IMG/VR virus record: IMGVR_UViG_3300044568_004364
DNA: 64,000 nt
Source of the DNA: a virus
Strand: one strand, 5' to 3'
Below, piece after piece: positions 44,701-53,948 of the stretch. The notes beneath the pieces are model-generated. The model ran no database searches. It was not told where the DNA came from and saw nothing but the letters and a program-made list of their open reading frames with translations. Numbering within the stretch: the stretch's first letter is position 1; every line of letters begins with the position of its first letter. The position numbers were made by a program, and so were the translations under genes.

Positions 44701-44933
44701 TGAATAAATTCGTGCGGGAACTCCTCGCTGAATCCGTAGTGTTCCCTGAACTCTTCCCCCGTCATCGGATCGTTTCTTGCAGCCATCAATCCGTCTGTGG
44801 TATCAACCGTTCTCAGGACATATCTGCGTTCCATCCTGTTGCGGTCGATAGTGACCACAAAAGGCCACCCGTCAAAATCAACGGCACAACAAGCCGCATC
44901 ACGCAACCCGCTGGAAGTCTGTTCTTTATTCAT
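44655..44933 (-). CDS. cassette ORF, hypothetical protein
   Basis: Start and stop both lie in attC loops. Confidence 0.6.
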   Translation of the reverse strand: MNKEQTSSGLRDAACCAVDFDGWPFVVTIDRNRMERRYVLRTVDTTDGLMAARNDPMTGEEFREHYGFSEEFPHEFIQHNAQGDLQSPDKKS

Positions 44934-44998
44934 GGTTTTGAGTGGGCGGGTGCGTGTGCTTTGCGTTCGGCAGCGATGCCATCACATCGACGTTCGGT
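44884..44998 (+). repeat. attC site (imperfect L boxes)
   Basis: GCACAAC-aagcc...CGCTG / CAGCG...GTTCGGT. Confidence 0.7.
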
Positions 44999-45237
44999 GA
45001 AGAAATTACAACGAGCACGCCACACAGTCCCGCCATCCATCCAACGGACAGTCCGAGGGCAGCAGCGCACCATGCAACTAAGTCAGCATGACCGCCTAGC
45101 CCGTATGTGAATACAGTGATTCCACTGAGCAAGGGCGTGCAGATTAGCGAAGCCGCTAGGTTATTCCAAACACACCGAACAAGTCGCTCCTGAGCAACCG
45201 CGCCCGCCGTGTTATTTGAGTCTGATTCTGTTTTCAT
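44926..45237 (-). CDS. cassette ORF, membrane protein
   Basis: Two hydrophobic segments; start and stop lie in attC loops. Confidence 0.6.
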   Translation of the reverse strand: MKTESDSNNTAGAVAQERLVRCVWNNLAASLICTPLLSGITVFTYGLGGHADLVAWCAAALGLSVGWMAGLCGVLVVISSPNVDVMASLPNAKHTHPPTQNHE

Positions 45238-45304
45238 ATTGTTGTAAATTGAACATGTCGATACAGAACACGGCTATTGCCGCTCCTGATCTTGCCTGTT
45301 CGGC
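45174..45304 (+). repeat. attC site
   Basis: ACCGAAC-aagtc..GAGC..GCCGTGTT / AACACGGC..GCTC..GTTCGGC. Confidence 0.75.
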
Positions 45305-45540
45305 AGACAATTATTACATTTGGGCTTTCCACTAAAAACACGCCACCCAGCAGACCACGCCTGTTCCACGCATTCAGCCTTGGTCTTACAGTAAAACCCC
45401 TCACCACCGCACCCGCTTTGGCAGAAGATTCGCCACTCACGCATTGTTCCTCCATTGTAATCTTTGAAGGTTAAGTGCGGAATCAAAGAAGCCGAACAAT
45501 TCGTGAGAGGCAACGCCTCGGAGTCTGTTGGTGTATTCAT
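45274..45540 (-). CDS. cassette ORF, Cys-rich hypothetical protein
   Basis: MNTPTD start in attC loop; CQSGC...CNNC. Confidence 0.6.
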   Translation of the reverse strand: MNTPTDSEALPLTNCSASLIPHLTFKDYNGGTMREWRIFCQSGCGGEGFYCKTKAECVEQAWSAGWRVFSGKPKCNNCLPNRQDQERQ

Positions 45541-45586
45541 AGTCGTTATTGGCGTGCCTCCACAGAGGCGTTCGCTGAATCGTAAT
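45491..45586 (+). repeat. attC site
   Basis: GCCGAAC-aattc-GTG(A)GAGGC-ACGCC / GGCGT-GCCTCCAC-agaggc-GTTCGCT. Confidence 0.88.
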
Positions 45587-45851
45587 TGCGGAACTCTGGA
45601 GTGCCGCGCCAGTTCCATTCGCGGTAGGTTTCATCAGCACCCACGGGGCAGTTGAGCCACATGCAGGAGTAGCAAGGTTCCTCGACGTGGACATGCGCCC
45701 AAAGACCTCCGTAGAGGCGACGATACCACTCATGGTTCCCAAGAAAACATGCAAACCAGCCCCAGCGAACAAGGCGGCGCATCCATTCGGTCCAAATGGC
45801 TTGGCGAGATTTGACGCTCTTTAGTGTTTCAACTCGTTCTTCGCTGATCAT
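45546..45851 (-). CDS. chimeric ORF: phage-derived start fused to first cassette
   Basis: AT-rich MISEERV start continues through attC half-site 45764-45785 (WMRRLVR). Confidence 0.6.
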   Translation of the reverse strand: MISEERVETLKSVKSRQAIWTEWMRRLVRWGWFACFLGNHEWYRRLYGGLWAHVHVEEPCYSCMWLNCPVGADETYREWNWRGTPEFRNYDSANASVEARQ

Positions 45852-46046
45852 AATATAAGTTTAATGTTAACCCCAAAGAATTGATTTCATAAGTTCCCAA
45901 CGCTGACGAAGCAATTCGGTATATTCAAATAGTTGATCTTCGTCGAGACACTCAATATTGTTCAATTCGCGAATACGTTTTTCAATAAGATTAAATTCAA
46001 TTTCTTCGTTGATCATAATATATAGTGTTATTTGAGTTACGAGTTC

Positions 46047-46427
46047 TTAGAGCAGATTTTGTTCCATATATTCCTCACATGTGGGAATAGTGTTTCGGTA
46101 TTGCTGCAGATCGGCAATAAGCATATCCAGTGATTCTCTGTTATGCATCTCAGGTGTGTTTAGGCAAAGATCTACAAATTTTAAAATTTGTTCCGAGATT
46201 TCTTCGTGTGAAGGGAGAGAGCAATACGCCACGATGAAGAAGTCTTCTTCCTTGCATTCGAGTGTATCATTTGCACCAGTCAAGCCAAAGCAGTAATTAT
46301 TCCAAGGACATTTGATGTTCCAATATTCCTCTCCGCCTTTCTCGAAAAGAGTTACGACATATGCCGTGGTGCCCCAATGAACGGTTTTGCCTTCACGAAC
46401 TGCTTGCTTAATTTCTGATAGATTCAT
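46047..46427 (-). CDS. hypothetical early protein
   Basis: First gene after the early promoter; MNLSEIKQAVREGKTVHW. Confidence 0.65.
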   Translation of the reverse strand: MNLSEIKQAVREGKTVHWGTTAYVVTLFEKGGEEYWNIKCPWNNYCFGLTGANDTLECKEEDFFIVAYCSLPSHEEISEQILKFVDLCLNTPEMHNRESLDMLIADLQQYRNTIPTCEEYMEQNLL

Positions 46428-46438
46428 AATGTGGTTTG

Positions 46439-46496
46439 GTTACATGATTATTCTACCATAAAAACACATACTTGTAAAACAAAAAATGATGAAAAT
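46439..46496 (-). promoter_or_regulatory. early promoter upstream of the cassette array
   Basis: TTTACAAG...TGGTAGAATAATCATGTAACC. Confidence 0.75.
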
Positions 46497-46504
46497 GTGA
46501 AAAA

Positions 46505-46540
46505 AGTGAAAAACCTATAGATACGTATAGGTTTTTCACT
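46505..46540. terminator. long AT-rich hairpin
   Basis: AGTGAAAAACCTATA-gatacg-TATAGGTTTTTCACT. Confidence 0.6.
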
Positions 46541-46563
46541 CTGTAAAAACCGCCTAAAACGGC

Positions 46564-47220
46564 TTAATGATGATCAATTGCAGCTTTTTTTCGGCCTGAG
46601 AGAATGGTGTCCACCTCTTCAACCGTGAAAAATGCACTCTTGTTATATGAGAGAGTGTTTTCAATTCCACAATCAAGGATCGGCCCGTAAATGTCATGTA
46701 CACTGTGATGTGCATTAATACCTTTGAGCGAGCCATGGCTATGTCCACAGAGTGTAACTGCACCGCGGCCTAGCTCAGGCCATACAAGCGGACACATATG
46801 TGTAAGATAGTAACGACGTGAGTCAACATGCAGCATCGCAGAGTCTCCAAGCATTGTCACATTGTGAGTAATCCGCAGCGGATAAATTTCACAGCTCTTA
46901 TATTCATCAGGCAGTGCTGCATCATAAAGCTGTTTAACACCGCTGTTATGATTACCCCAGACCATAAGTGTTTCGCATTTAAGGCTACGAACAAGTTCAG
47001 CAATAGAGTCTGGTCCGATACTCAAACCAACATCGCCCAATACCACAAGCAGGTCATCGCTGTGCAGTGTCTCCAATTGGTCAATGAGCCATAGTGCATG
47101 CTCACGTGCGCTGTTGAATCCGCGTTTGGCATAGACAAAATCTTTATCATGGCCAAAATGCAGGTCACTGCAAAACTTGATGTTGTGATAGTCTTTACGA
47201 TTTTTCTTAATTCGAATCAT
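46564..47220 (-). CDS. calcineurin-like metallophosphoesterase
   Basis: SDLHFGH, LGDV, WGNHN, CGHSH. Confidence 0.85.
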   Translation of the reverse strand: MIRIKKNRKDYHNIKFCSDLHFGHDKDFVYAKRGFNSAREHALWLIDQLETLHSDDLLVVLGDVGLSIGPDSIAELVRSLKCETLMVWGNHNSGVKQLYDAALPDEYKSCEIYPLRITHNVTMLGDSAMLHVDSRRYYLTHMCPLVWPELGRGAVTLCGHSHGSLKGINAHHSVHDIYGPILDCGIENTLSYNKSAFFTVEEVDTILSGRKKAAIDHH

Positions 47221-47476
47221 GATTATTTTTCATTAGGATTGTACAATGGTTTAAGCGCCGACTAAATTCAGCGCGTGTCAATGGAGCTTCAAGTGGTGTA
47301 TCATCCATGCGCCATCCGTCAGGATCTATGATTGCAGAGACATGCTCAAACTCAGAATCTTTCAACCATTGCTCTGCAGTCTTCTTTGCGAAGATAGCAT
47401 CCCAGCCATCGCGATAGCTTTGAGTCGCCACACGAGATGCGATGCTATCTCCAGTAATATCATTTTTAGTTGCCAT
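47207..47476 (-). CDS. hypothetical protein
   Basis: KNDITGD..., IIDPDGW motifs. Confidence 0.6.
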   Translation of the reverse strand: MATKNDITGDSIASRVATQSYRDGWDAIFAKKTAEQWLKDSEFEHVSAIIDPDGWRMDDTPLEAPLTRAEFSRRLNHCTILMKNNHDSN

Positions 47477-48575
47477 AATTTTCTAATAGAGTAAGCATTG
47501 CATTTTTAAGTTGACGCTCTTCAATGGTCTTGCCAACGAAGAGAGTGAATGCCAATCCACTGCGCCAATCAGGATAATTCGCTTGCACAAGCAGCGCAAA
47601 GTTCTTACGATAGTCTGCTGCAGTGGAGTCATGGGTTGAATGATATACAGAGATGAAGCGGAGCAGTTCACGATGCGCAGCTTCAAACTCGTGATATGCC
47701 GATACTATAGCATGCATTTCATCGCTAATCTTTTCTGCAATCTCGTAGTCAAGAGTAGACTCAACATACTTATAAAAGGCTTCAACACTAGCATATCGTT
47801 CAGGCGCTGCAAGCCATAAGTCAAGTACATTCTTAACACCCTTCACACCAGTTGCAACACGATGCAACATTAGATAGGCTTCGGCCTTAATCTTTTTCAT
47901 TGTCTGAAAGTCAGGTGAATAGATCACTACACCTTCTTTGCCAGTCCATGCTTCAACATCACGGATACATTCTTCAATGCTGCTATAATAATATGGAGTT
48001 GGTCGTGGTACATCGAGCAAAAATGAGACGACATCAACATTAGCTTGAGTCATATATTCTGCAGTATCGTTTGCCACAGCGCCAAGCATAGTGAGAGTCG
48101 GCTCGTCATGCTCCCGCAAGACAATGATATTTGAAGGAGTAGTCCATTCAAAGAGCAAGCTCCATTCTTTCAAGTATGGATTAATCTTGTCAAAGACTCG
48201 TGGATATTTACTCATTAGGACTTCAATCTCGTGTCCGTTTGGCAATTGGCGTGCGTCAACAGTACCACGAGTGCGAACAATAAGCTCATCCTTATAGCGC
48301 GAAACAATAAGCAAGCTACCATCCATCTTGTGACGTGCTTGTATTGGCCATGAAGAATCCCAAGGTTGAAAGTCTGGCTTTTCGCCATAGTTCACAAACT
48401 TGCCAAAGCCTTGAGAGACAACAGCACCATCAGATACACGGACAATTGCACTACGATAGCGTGCATTGCCGTCATTCCATGTGGTACCCATATCATTTGG
48501 AGTCACGAGAAAAAAGTCTTCTTTTAGTGCACCAATCTTGACTGGCTTGATATTAAATTCTTCAGAGTTGATCAT
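47466..48575 (-). CDS. RNA ligase (Rnl1-like)
   Basis: KFVN, KMDGSL, LFEW, EGVV, KIK nucleotidyltransferase motifs. Confidence 0.8.
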   Translation of the reverse strand: MINSEEFNIKPVKIGALKEDFFLVTPNDMGTTWNDGNARYRSAIVRVSDGAVVSQGFGKFVNYGEKPDFQPWDSSWPIQARHKMDGSLLIVSRYKDELIVRTRGTVDARQLPNGHEIEVLMSKYPRVFDKINPYLKEWSLLFEWTTPSNIIVLREHDEPTLTMLGAVANDTAEYMTQANVDVVSFLLDVPRPTPYYYSSIEECIRDVEAWTGKEGVVIYSPDFQTMKKIKAEAYLMLHRVATGVKGVKNVLDLWLAAPERYASVEAFYKYVESTLDYEIAEKISDEMHAIVSAYHEFEAAHRELLRFISVYHSTHDSTAADYRKNFALLVQANYPDWRSGLAFTLFVGKTIEERQLKNAMLTLLENYGN

Positions 48576-48882
48576 AGTATGTAGGAGATTAGAGTGATGA
48601 TTGCGGAGACTAGGGTTAGAGATAAAGCACATGCTTTAATATATTCTGTGCGAAGGACGTCAGCATAGCGACGATTGCGATTGCCTTTAAGATTAAGGCC
48701 TAGAGCTTTTCTACGAAGTATATCAGTGTTCATAATTTTTACGGCAGAGTGTTCGTTTTTCTTTTTTCTTTTTGTCAGTGTAAGAGACCACAGGCGGAGC
48801 AAAAAGATGACGTGCCAATTTGCGCAATGCGATTGGGCTATAGTCAAATGTTTTGGTTTTGATCTTTTTCATATAAAGGTAA

Positions 48883-49164
48883 TTAGGCGGCTAGTGTTGC
48901 TTTGTAACACTCATCGCTTACGCGCATGGCGAGTTCATCACCATCGCAGAAGCACACTCCAGATGAGCGGCAAATTCCATCCTTGTCGATCCATTCTTTT
49001 CCAAGAATGTATTGATCTTTTCCGTTGTGATTTTTTCCGTTATAAACAAAAACGCATATTCTATATAAGCCTTGTTCAAGACTTAAGACTTGGCCTACTT
49101 TGCAGTCAGAGATTTTGACTTCTTCGAGTGCGGGACGAGTGGTGGTGAATTTGTATTGGATCAT
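48883..49164 (-). CDS. hypothetical early protein
   Basis: MIQYKF start immediately after the promoter. Confidence 0.55.
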   Translation of the reverse strand: MIQYKFTTTRPALEEVKISDCKVGQVLSLEQGLYRICVFVYNGKNHNGKDQYILGKEWIDKDGICRSSGVCFCDGDELAMRVSDECYKATLAA

Positions 49165-49168
49165 ATTG

Positions 49169-49245
49169 GTTACAGATTTATTATACACCAAACCGTGCTG
49201 CTTGTAAAACAAAAAATGAAGAAAAATGCAAAAAAATGCATTTTT
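49169..49245 (-). promoter_or_regulatory. early promoter with upstream palindrome
   Basis: TTTACAAGC...GTGTATAATAAATCTGTAACC. Confidence 0.78.
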
Positions 49246-49478
49246 CTCCAAAAACTGCCGTTTTTCTATGTTTTTTAGTCTCCGAGTGATTCTGGAGTTG
49301 TTGTCCAATCTAACGGAAGGTGTTTAATGTCTTCAGCTTCATACCAACGTAACGGTGATTGTGAATGCATATATCCTTGATTCTTTGCATTGATGTCACT
49401 CTTATCCATAGCGCTATTGATTTGAACTATGCGCCAATCGTTTGTGTCAACGAGATAATATGTACTCATGGTTTTTAT

Positions 49479-49964
49479 TTATAGCGTTTTGATTTTTACA
49501 ATGACTCTGCTGCCGGCAAAAATTGTTTTGATGATCTTAAAGATTGTTGACCAATCTCCGCGAGCAAGACCTGCTCCAATCTTTGGCATTTGTATTACTC
49601 TATAGCCGTCAGTCTCTGCTTTACGACGTAGCGCCTGCAGACAGCGAAAAAGAGAATCTGTTTGCAATGGCGTTGGATTATATCTTGAATGATAGACTCC
49701 TGCCATTGCAAACATGTTCACCACCGTGATGTCCTGAGCAGCATCAACACATTGTATTGATCCTAATAATTCTTCAGGTCGATCTTCGTATGCCTTGCAG
49801 CGTTTTAAATAATAACGTTCTATCTCTGGCCAACGACGTGATATCGCAAGCACAAAGCCAGCTCCCCAGAGTCCGCGATTATTCACAACATGCGCGAGCA
49901 GTGTGGGTACACCAGCTTCACAGTTGCATGCATCACCAGCGGAGAGTATAACGTTATCTGTCAT
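49479..49964 (-). CDS. macrodomain (ADP-ribose processing) protein
   Basis: GD, HVVNNRGLWGAGF, MPKIGAGLARGDW. Confidence 0.85.
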   Translation of the reverse strand: MTDNVILSAGDACNCEAGVPTLLAHVVNNRGLWGAGFVLAISRRWPEIERYYLKRCKAYEDRPEELLGSIQCVDAAQDITVVNMFAMAGVYHSRYNPTPLQTDSLFRCLQALRRKAETDGYRVIQMPKIGAGLARGDWSTIFKIIKTIFAGSRVIVKIKTL

Positions 49965-50142
49965 AATATTTTAGTTTTTGCCGTTTCCGCCATATGTCTT
50001 ACGACGGCGTTTTTTGCTGTTAGGATTGTCCCAGCTTGTATCGCAGTTGGATCCTGCAAATACTTTAGTTCCACCATTATTCTGGTCCTTCTTGCTAGCA
50101 TAGCCAGCTGCTCGTGCTTGTCTTGTATTTTTGTTCATAAGT

Positions 50143-50406
50143 TTATTTGCTTTCTTTAAAGATGACTTGTCCTTCAACCAAACCTAAGTCCGACTTTTCG
50201 CTAAATGTTGATGTTTCGGGATTTTCATTTTCACGCAGAGGACGAGTCAAATACCATAGCTGTTCATTCTTCCATGTGACATTCATGAGTTTTGTATTTG
50301 CCGGCAAGTCAACTGTCATGCTTCCGCCATATGATTTTGCTCTTTGATTTTCCGTGCACGAAAAGGATGCGCACGCCAATAGTGTATATATTAGGTATTT
50401 CTTCAT
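50143..50406 (-). CDS. lipoprotein
   Basis: MKKYLIYTLLACASFS|C; AKSYGG...TWK..LWYLTRP. Confidence 0.7.
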   Translation of the reverse strand: MKKYLIYTLLACASFSCTENQRAKSYGGSMTVDLPANTKLMNVTWKNEQLWYLTRPLRENENPETSTFSEKSDLGLVEGQVIFKESK

Positions 50407-50409
50407 AAT

Positions 50410-51045
50410 TTAAATTTTACATTGATGTCCATGTCCTCTAAACTCTCCGCAGTGCAAACAATTGGAAAGGTTAAGCTCTCCCTTGTTCCAATATTTGTTC
50501 CAAGGGAAAAGTGTTGTTTTTATCTCCTCAAGCGGGGAGTTTTCAACCCATGCATCTTGCCAACGAATTGCTTCACGTCGCGCTTCAGTGATATCTTCAC
50601 TTTGTTTTTTGAGTAATAACAATGCGTGTTGTAAAGCAAGCTCTGCGCTATATTCATTTGAATAGACATAATCTGCCAATTGTTGCAATGTCATTGGTGT
50701 CTTCACTCGCTCTGAAATAGTATGAGTCAAGCTGCTCAAGCTATTTTGTTTAACTGTGCCACATATGCCTTCAAAGGCAGCACGTGCTCCATTATACTCA
50801 TGTCTGAGATTTAGAATTTCATTGTTTGCTTCGGCTAATTTTTGTGTCAGCTCATCGATCTGATGTTGCATACTCTGCATTTGTAAATATGTCGCAAAAT
50901 CAATTGAGGAAGTGTCCGATGCAAACGGTCCAAACTCACTATCAACATGATCATACTCATCTTGGAGTGGATCTTTTGACCAATCCTTGATTGGTCGATT
51001 TAGCATTTCTTCTAGTTGTTTTTTACCATCTAATCGTTCACTCAT
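50410..51045 (-). CDS. hypothetical coiled-coil protein
   Basis: MSERLDG start after an AAAGGAGG SD. Confidence 0.5.
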   Translation of the reverse strand: MSERLDGKKQLEEMLNRPIKDWSKDPLQDEYDHVDSEFGPFASDTSSIDFATYLQMQSMQHQIDELTQKLAEANNEILNLRHEYNGARAAFEGICGTVKQNSLSSLTHTISERVKTPMTLQQLADYVYSNEYSAELALQHALLLLKKQSEDITEARREAIRWQDAWVENSPLEEIKTTLFPWNKYWNKGELNLSNCLHCGEFRGHGHQCKI

Positions 51046-51330
51046 ATATCCTCCTTTCACGGCGGGATTTAATAGGTTTGCGCACAATCCACATTGCTGA
51101 TCCCAAAGGCCACCAAAGTTGCCAGTATCGAGCAGAGCCATTAGCGCCACCACCCATGCAAGTAAATGTACTAAGAGTTCCGCGATGGATGTCCATGGTT
51201 AATCTTCCTACTGTGAAGCGGATCAATCTCTTGCCCCAAAAGCAAACATTGATCCACGAACATCCGTATGTTCTTCGATCCATCTCAGCACTGTTTGGAT
51301 TATGTATCGGGCATATCGTTGTTTTTCCAT

Positions 51331-51741
51331 TCATGATTCACCTCCTTTCACGGCGGCAATAAGTGCCTCTCTCGACAAATCAGGTTGCGACCATGGCAAT
51401 TCAGGCAGTGGAGGGACTCTCCCACCTGCATACATTTCTCCGACAACCTGCAACTGGTCGCGCAATATCTCAGCGCATTCCCGCGCCTCTGCAAGCTCGC
51501 GTTCGAGCTTCTCGCGCTCCGTTGTTTCCTCAGCGAGTGCTTTCGTTAAGTCGCCAATCATCTCAGGTAGATTCTCCACCGTGTGCGTTGGGACATACCC
51601 GACTGGCATGATTGATAGGCACTGCTTTAGGATATTCCGCGCTTCGGTAAGTTCGTGTTCTATCACTTGGATGTGGTCATACATGGTGCGCTTATACACT
51701 TGGTCTGGCATTCGTGCATCTGTTATCGGTGTCTCACTCAT
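51331..51741 (-). CDS. hypothetical coiled-coil protein (GC-rich)
   Basis: MSETPITD...LERELAEAR. Confidence 0.6.
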   Translation of the reverse strand: MSETPITDARMPDQVYKRTMYDHIQVIEHELTEARNILKQCLSIMPVGYVPTHTVENLPEMIGDLTKALAEETTEREKLERELAEARECAEILRDQLQVVGEMYAGGRVPPLPELPWSQPDLSREALIAAVKGGES

Positions 51742-52147
51742 GGCTCCCTCCTTCCGCTGTGACTAGGGCATCTCTTAGTATTTGTTGATCTTCATATGTG
51801 AAATACGTGGTTGTTTCCTCTCCTTCTTCAAGAGTCCAGTCAACATCAAACCGCTCCAAAGCCTCAACCAATATATCGCGTTGACTTTGATATTCAATCG
51901 CCCTAAGTTGGCTTACATTTGCACTATTTAGTGCGGCAGTAATTATCCCGTTAAGATTTTCTATTTCTTTTCGAGCCTCAACGAGTTTGCCCAACAATTT
52001 GCCTACTTCTTTCTCAAGATCGTGTCGCATTGCTGCGCTACACATGCCACTCAACGAATATTTTGTATGACCAAGTTCTGCCATGATTTTCTCTGCCTCG
52101 CGAACATACCCAAGAGCCTCTGTTGTTTTATCATCAAATGTAATCAT
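51734..52147 (-). CDS. hypothetical coiled-coil protein
   Basis: ORF coupled to its neighbours. Confidence 0.55.
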   Translation of the reverse strand: MITFDDKTTEALGYVREAEKIMAELGHTKYSLSGMCSAAMRHDLEKEVGKLLGKLVEARKEIENLNGIITAALNSANVSQLRAIEYQSQRDILVEALERFDVDWTLEEGEETTTYFTYEDQQILRDALVTAEGGSHE

Positions 52148-52689
52148 TGTGCTCCTCCTGCTTCTTTATGTCTTTCGTTCAAAAAGTGTTTTACAATATC
52201 GGCAAAAATATCTTCATCGCTATTGTCACCCATATAGTCTTCAACTTTAAGATAGTGAGTCCGCGGATTAATGCCCATGAGTGTAGTCTTTTCATCATTC
52301 CACATTGGCAGCAAATTGTCAATGAGTACATTATTCTTATTTGCATAAGGATGCGGATTCACAATTTTGTCAACGCCATACAAACTCTGTAAGCGAATGC
52401 TATACTTTTGCATCGTCTCACGCGAAAAGATGTCTTCATCTGAGAAGCCCCATTCCGCCAAGCGTGAAATTTCCCTAGCATAGTCAAAACTAGCAGCGGT
52501 CAAGATGTGAACATTTTCTTCACCAACAAGTGTGCGACTATATTGGATTAGCGCCTTCGAGCATGGACGCACACAAGTAAAATACTCCTCGCCGCCGTCT
52601 AAACGAAAGTGTATGTTATGTTTATATAGTTTTGATTCATAAGTGCGGCTATGAATCAATGTTTCATCAATGTCCCAGAATATTTTCAT
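52144..52689 (-). CDS. HAD-family (FCP1/NIF-like) phosphatase
   Basis: FWDIDETLIHS, VRP, LTAA, VLIDN. Confidence 0.75.
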   Translation of the reverse strand: MKIFWDIDETLIHSRTYESKLYKHNIHFRLDGGEEYFTCVRPCSKALIQYSRTLVGEENVHILTAASFDYAREISRLAEWGFSDEDIFSRETMQKYSIRLQSLYGVDKIVNPHPYANKNNVLIDNLLPMWNDEKTTLMGINPRTHYLKVEDYMGDNSDEDIFADIVKHFLNERHKEAGGAQ

Positions 52690-52997
52690 AAGTAGTGTTG
52701 TGTTAGGAAAGATCAATTGTAATGCCTTTGTCAAAATTTACAAAGACGCGATAGTCGGATGGAAAACGGCATGCGCTCAAAAACTTGCGCAGCGTCTTTG
52801 GAGTTGCAAATTCAAAATGGCCATCAGCAATCACTGTATATGCTTTGCGTTGCTCGTGTAGTAGCTTTTTGCCTTTGCGCATTTCCTTAGCGCGATTAAT
52901 GAGGCTGTCCATTTGGATGTCTGTCAAGTATGCTTTCATAATATTGGTTGCATCAATATTATACACTATTTACTGACAATTGTAAATAGAAAAATGA

Positions 52998-53948
52998 TCA
53001 CATTCTTAGCGTTTTTGACTCAATTTCTTCAAGAAATGATCTATAGGCTCTCTCCAAACCATCCCGTAAAGATATTGTGGCGCGCCAACCCATCTGCTCA
53101 CATAGACTTACATCAAGAAGTTTTTGTGGAGTGCCATCGGCTTTGCTATAATCATTTTCAATTGTGCCTTTAAATCCAACAATATCGATAATTAGTTCAG
53201 CTAATTCTTTTATGCTAATATCATAGCCTGTGCCGATATTGATCCAATCAGGTGGATTTGCTTGCTCAATAAGAGTCATGCATGCAACAGCAAGATCATC
53301 AACATGCAAAAATTCTCTTCGAGGATTGCCTGTACCCCAAATAGTTACACTTGGTGATTGGTCAATTTTAGCCTGATGAATGCGACGAATAAGTCCAGGA
53401 ACAACGTGACTATTTTCAGGATGATAATTATCACCTGTTCCATATAAATTTGTAGGCATAGCAGAATGATAAAGAAGATCATATTGATTGCGATAGTGTT
53501 GGCACATTTTTAGTGCAGCAATTTTTGCAACCGCATATGCTTCATTAGTAACTTCCAATTGTGATTCAAGCAAATAACTTTCTTTAATTGGTTGAGGTGA
53601 TTGCTTAGGATAGATACAAGAACTTCCTAAGTTTAAGAGCCGTTGTACATTAGCGCGACGACTGCCCTCTATAATATTTGAAGCTATTGTAAGATTCTCA
53701 TATATAAATTCTGCTGGATATTGAGAATTTGCATGAATTCCTCCAACCTTCGCGGCAGCAATAATAACAACATCTGGTTTCTTTTCATTAAGAAAGTCAA
53801 ATACTGCTCTTTGATCCAACAGATCAAGCTGATCTCGTGATGCAACAATCAATTCATATTTGTCACTTTTTTCTACAGCTCGTACTAAAGCAGAGCCTAC
53901 CATTCCGTTGTGTCCGGCAATATATAATTTCTTCATATTAATAGCCAT
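52998..53948 (-). CDS. fcl: GDP-L-fucose synthase
   Basis: [44 protein letters not shown]. Confidence 0.93.
   Translation of the reverse strand: MAINMKKLYIAGHNGMVGSALVRAVEKSDKYELIVASRDQLDLLDQRAVFDFLNEKKPDVVIIAAAKVGGIHANSQYPAEFIYENLTIASNIIEGSRRANVQRLLNLGSSCIYPKQSPQPIKESYLLESQLEVTNEAYAVAKIAALKMCQHYRNQYDLLYHSAMPTNLYGTGDNYHPENSHVVPGLIRRIHQAKIDQSPSVTIWGTGNPRREFLHVDDLAVACMTLIEQANPPDWINIGTGYDISIKELAELIIDIVGFKGTIENDYSKADGTPQKLLDVSLCEQMGWRATISLRDGLERAYRSFLEEIESKTLRM

Larger units (their letters stand above)
42626..45785 (+). mobile_element. integron-type gene cassette array lacking an integrase (CALIN-like), 10 cassettes
   Basis: 9 complete attC hairpins plus 2 half-sites; each cassette's 5' GTTNNNN complements its 3' NNNNAAC; visibly GC-richer than the flanks. 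Confidence 0.88.

Noticed and set aside
42657-45655. Plus-strand ORFs as the real cassette genes
   Set aside because: They lack recognisable motifs and ignore cassette boundaries; minus-strand ORFs include recognisable phage families and fit the cassette units.
49165-49308. N-terminal extension of ORF 48883-49308
   Set aside because: It runs through the conserved early promoter.
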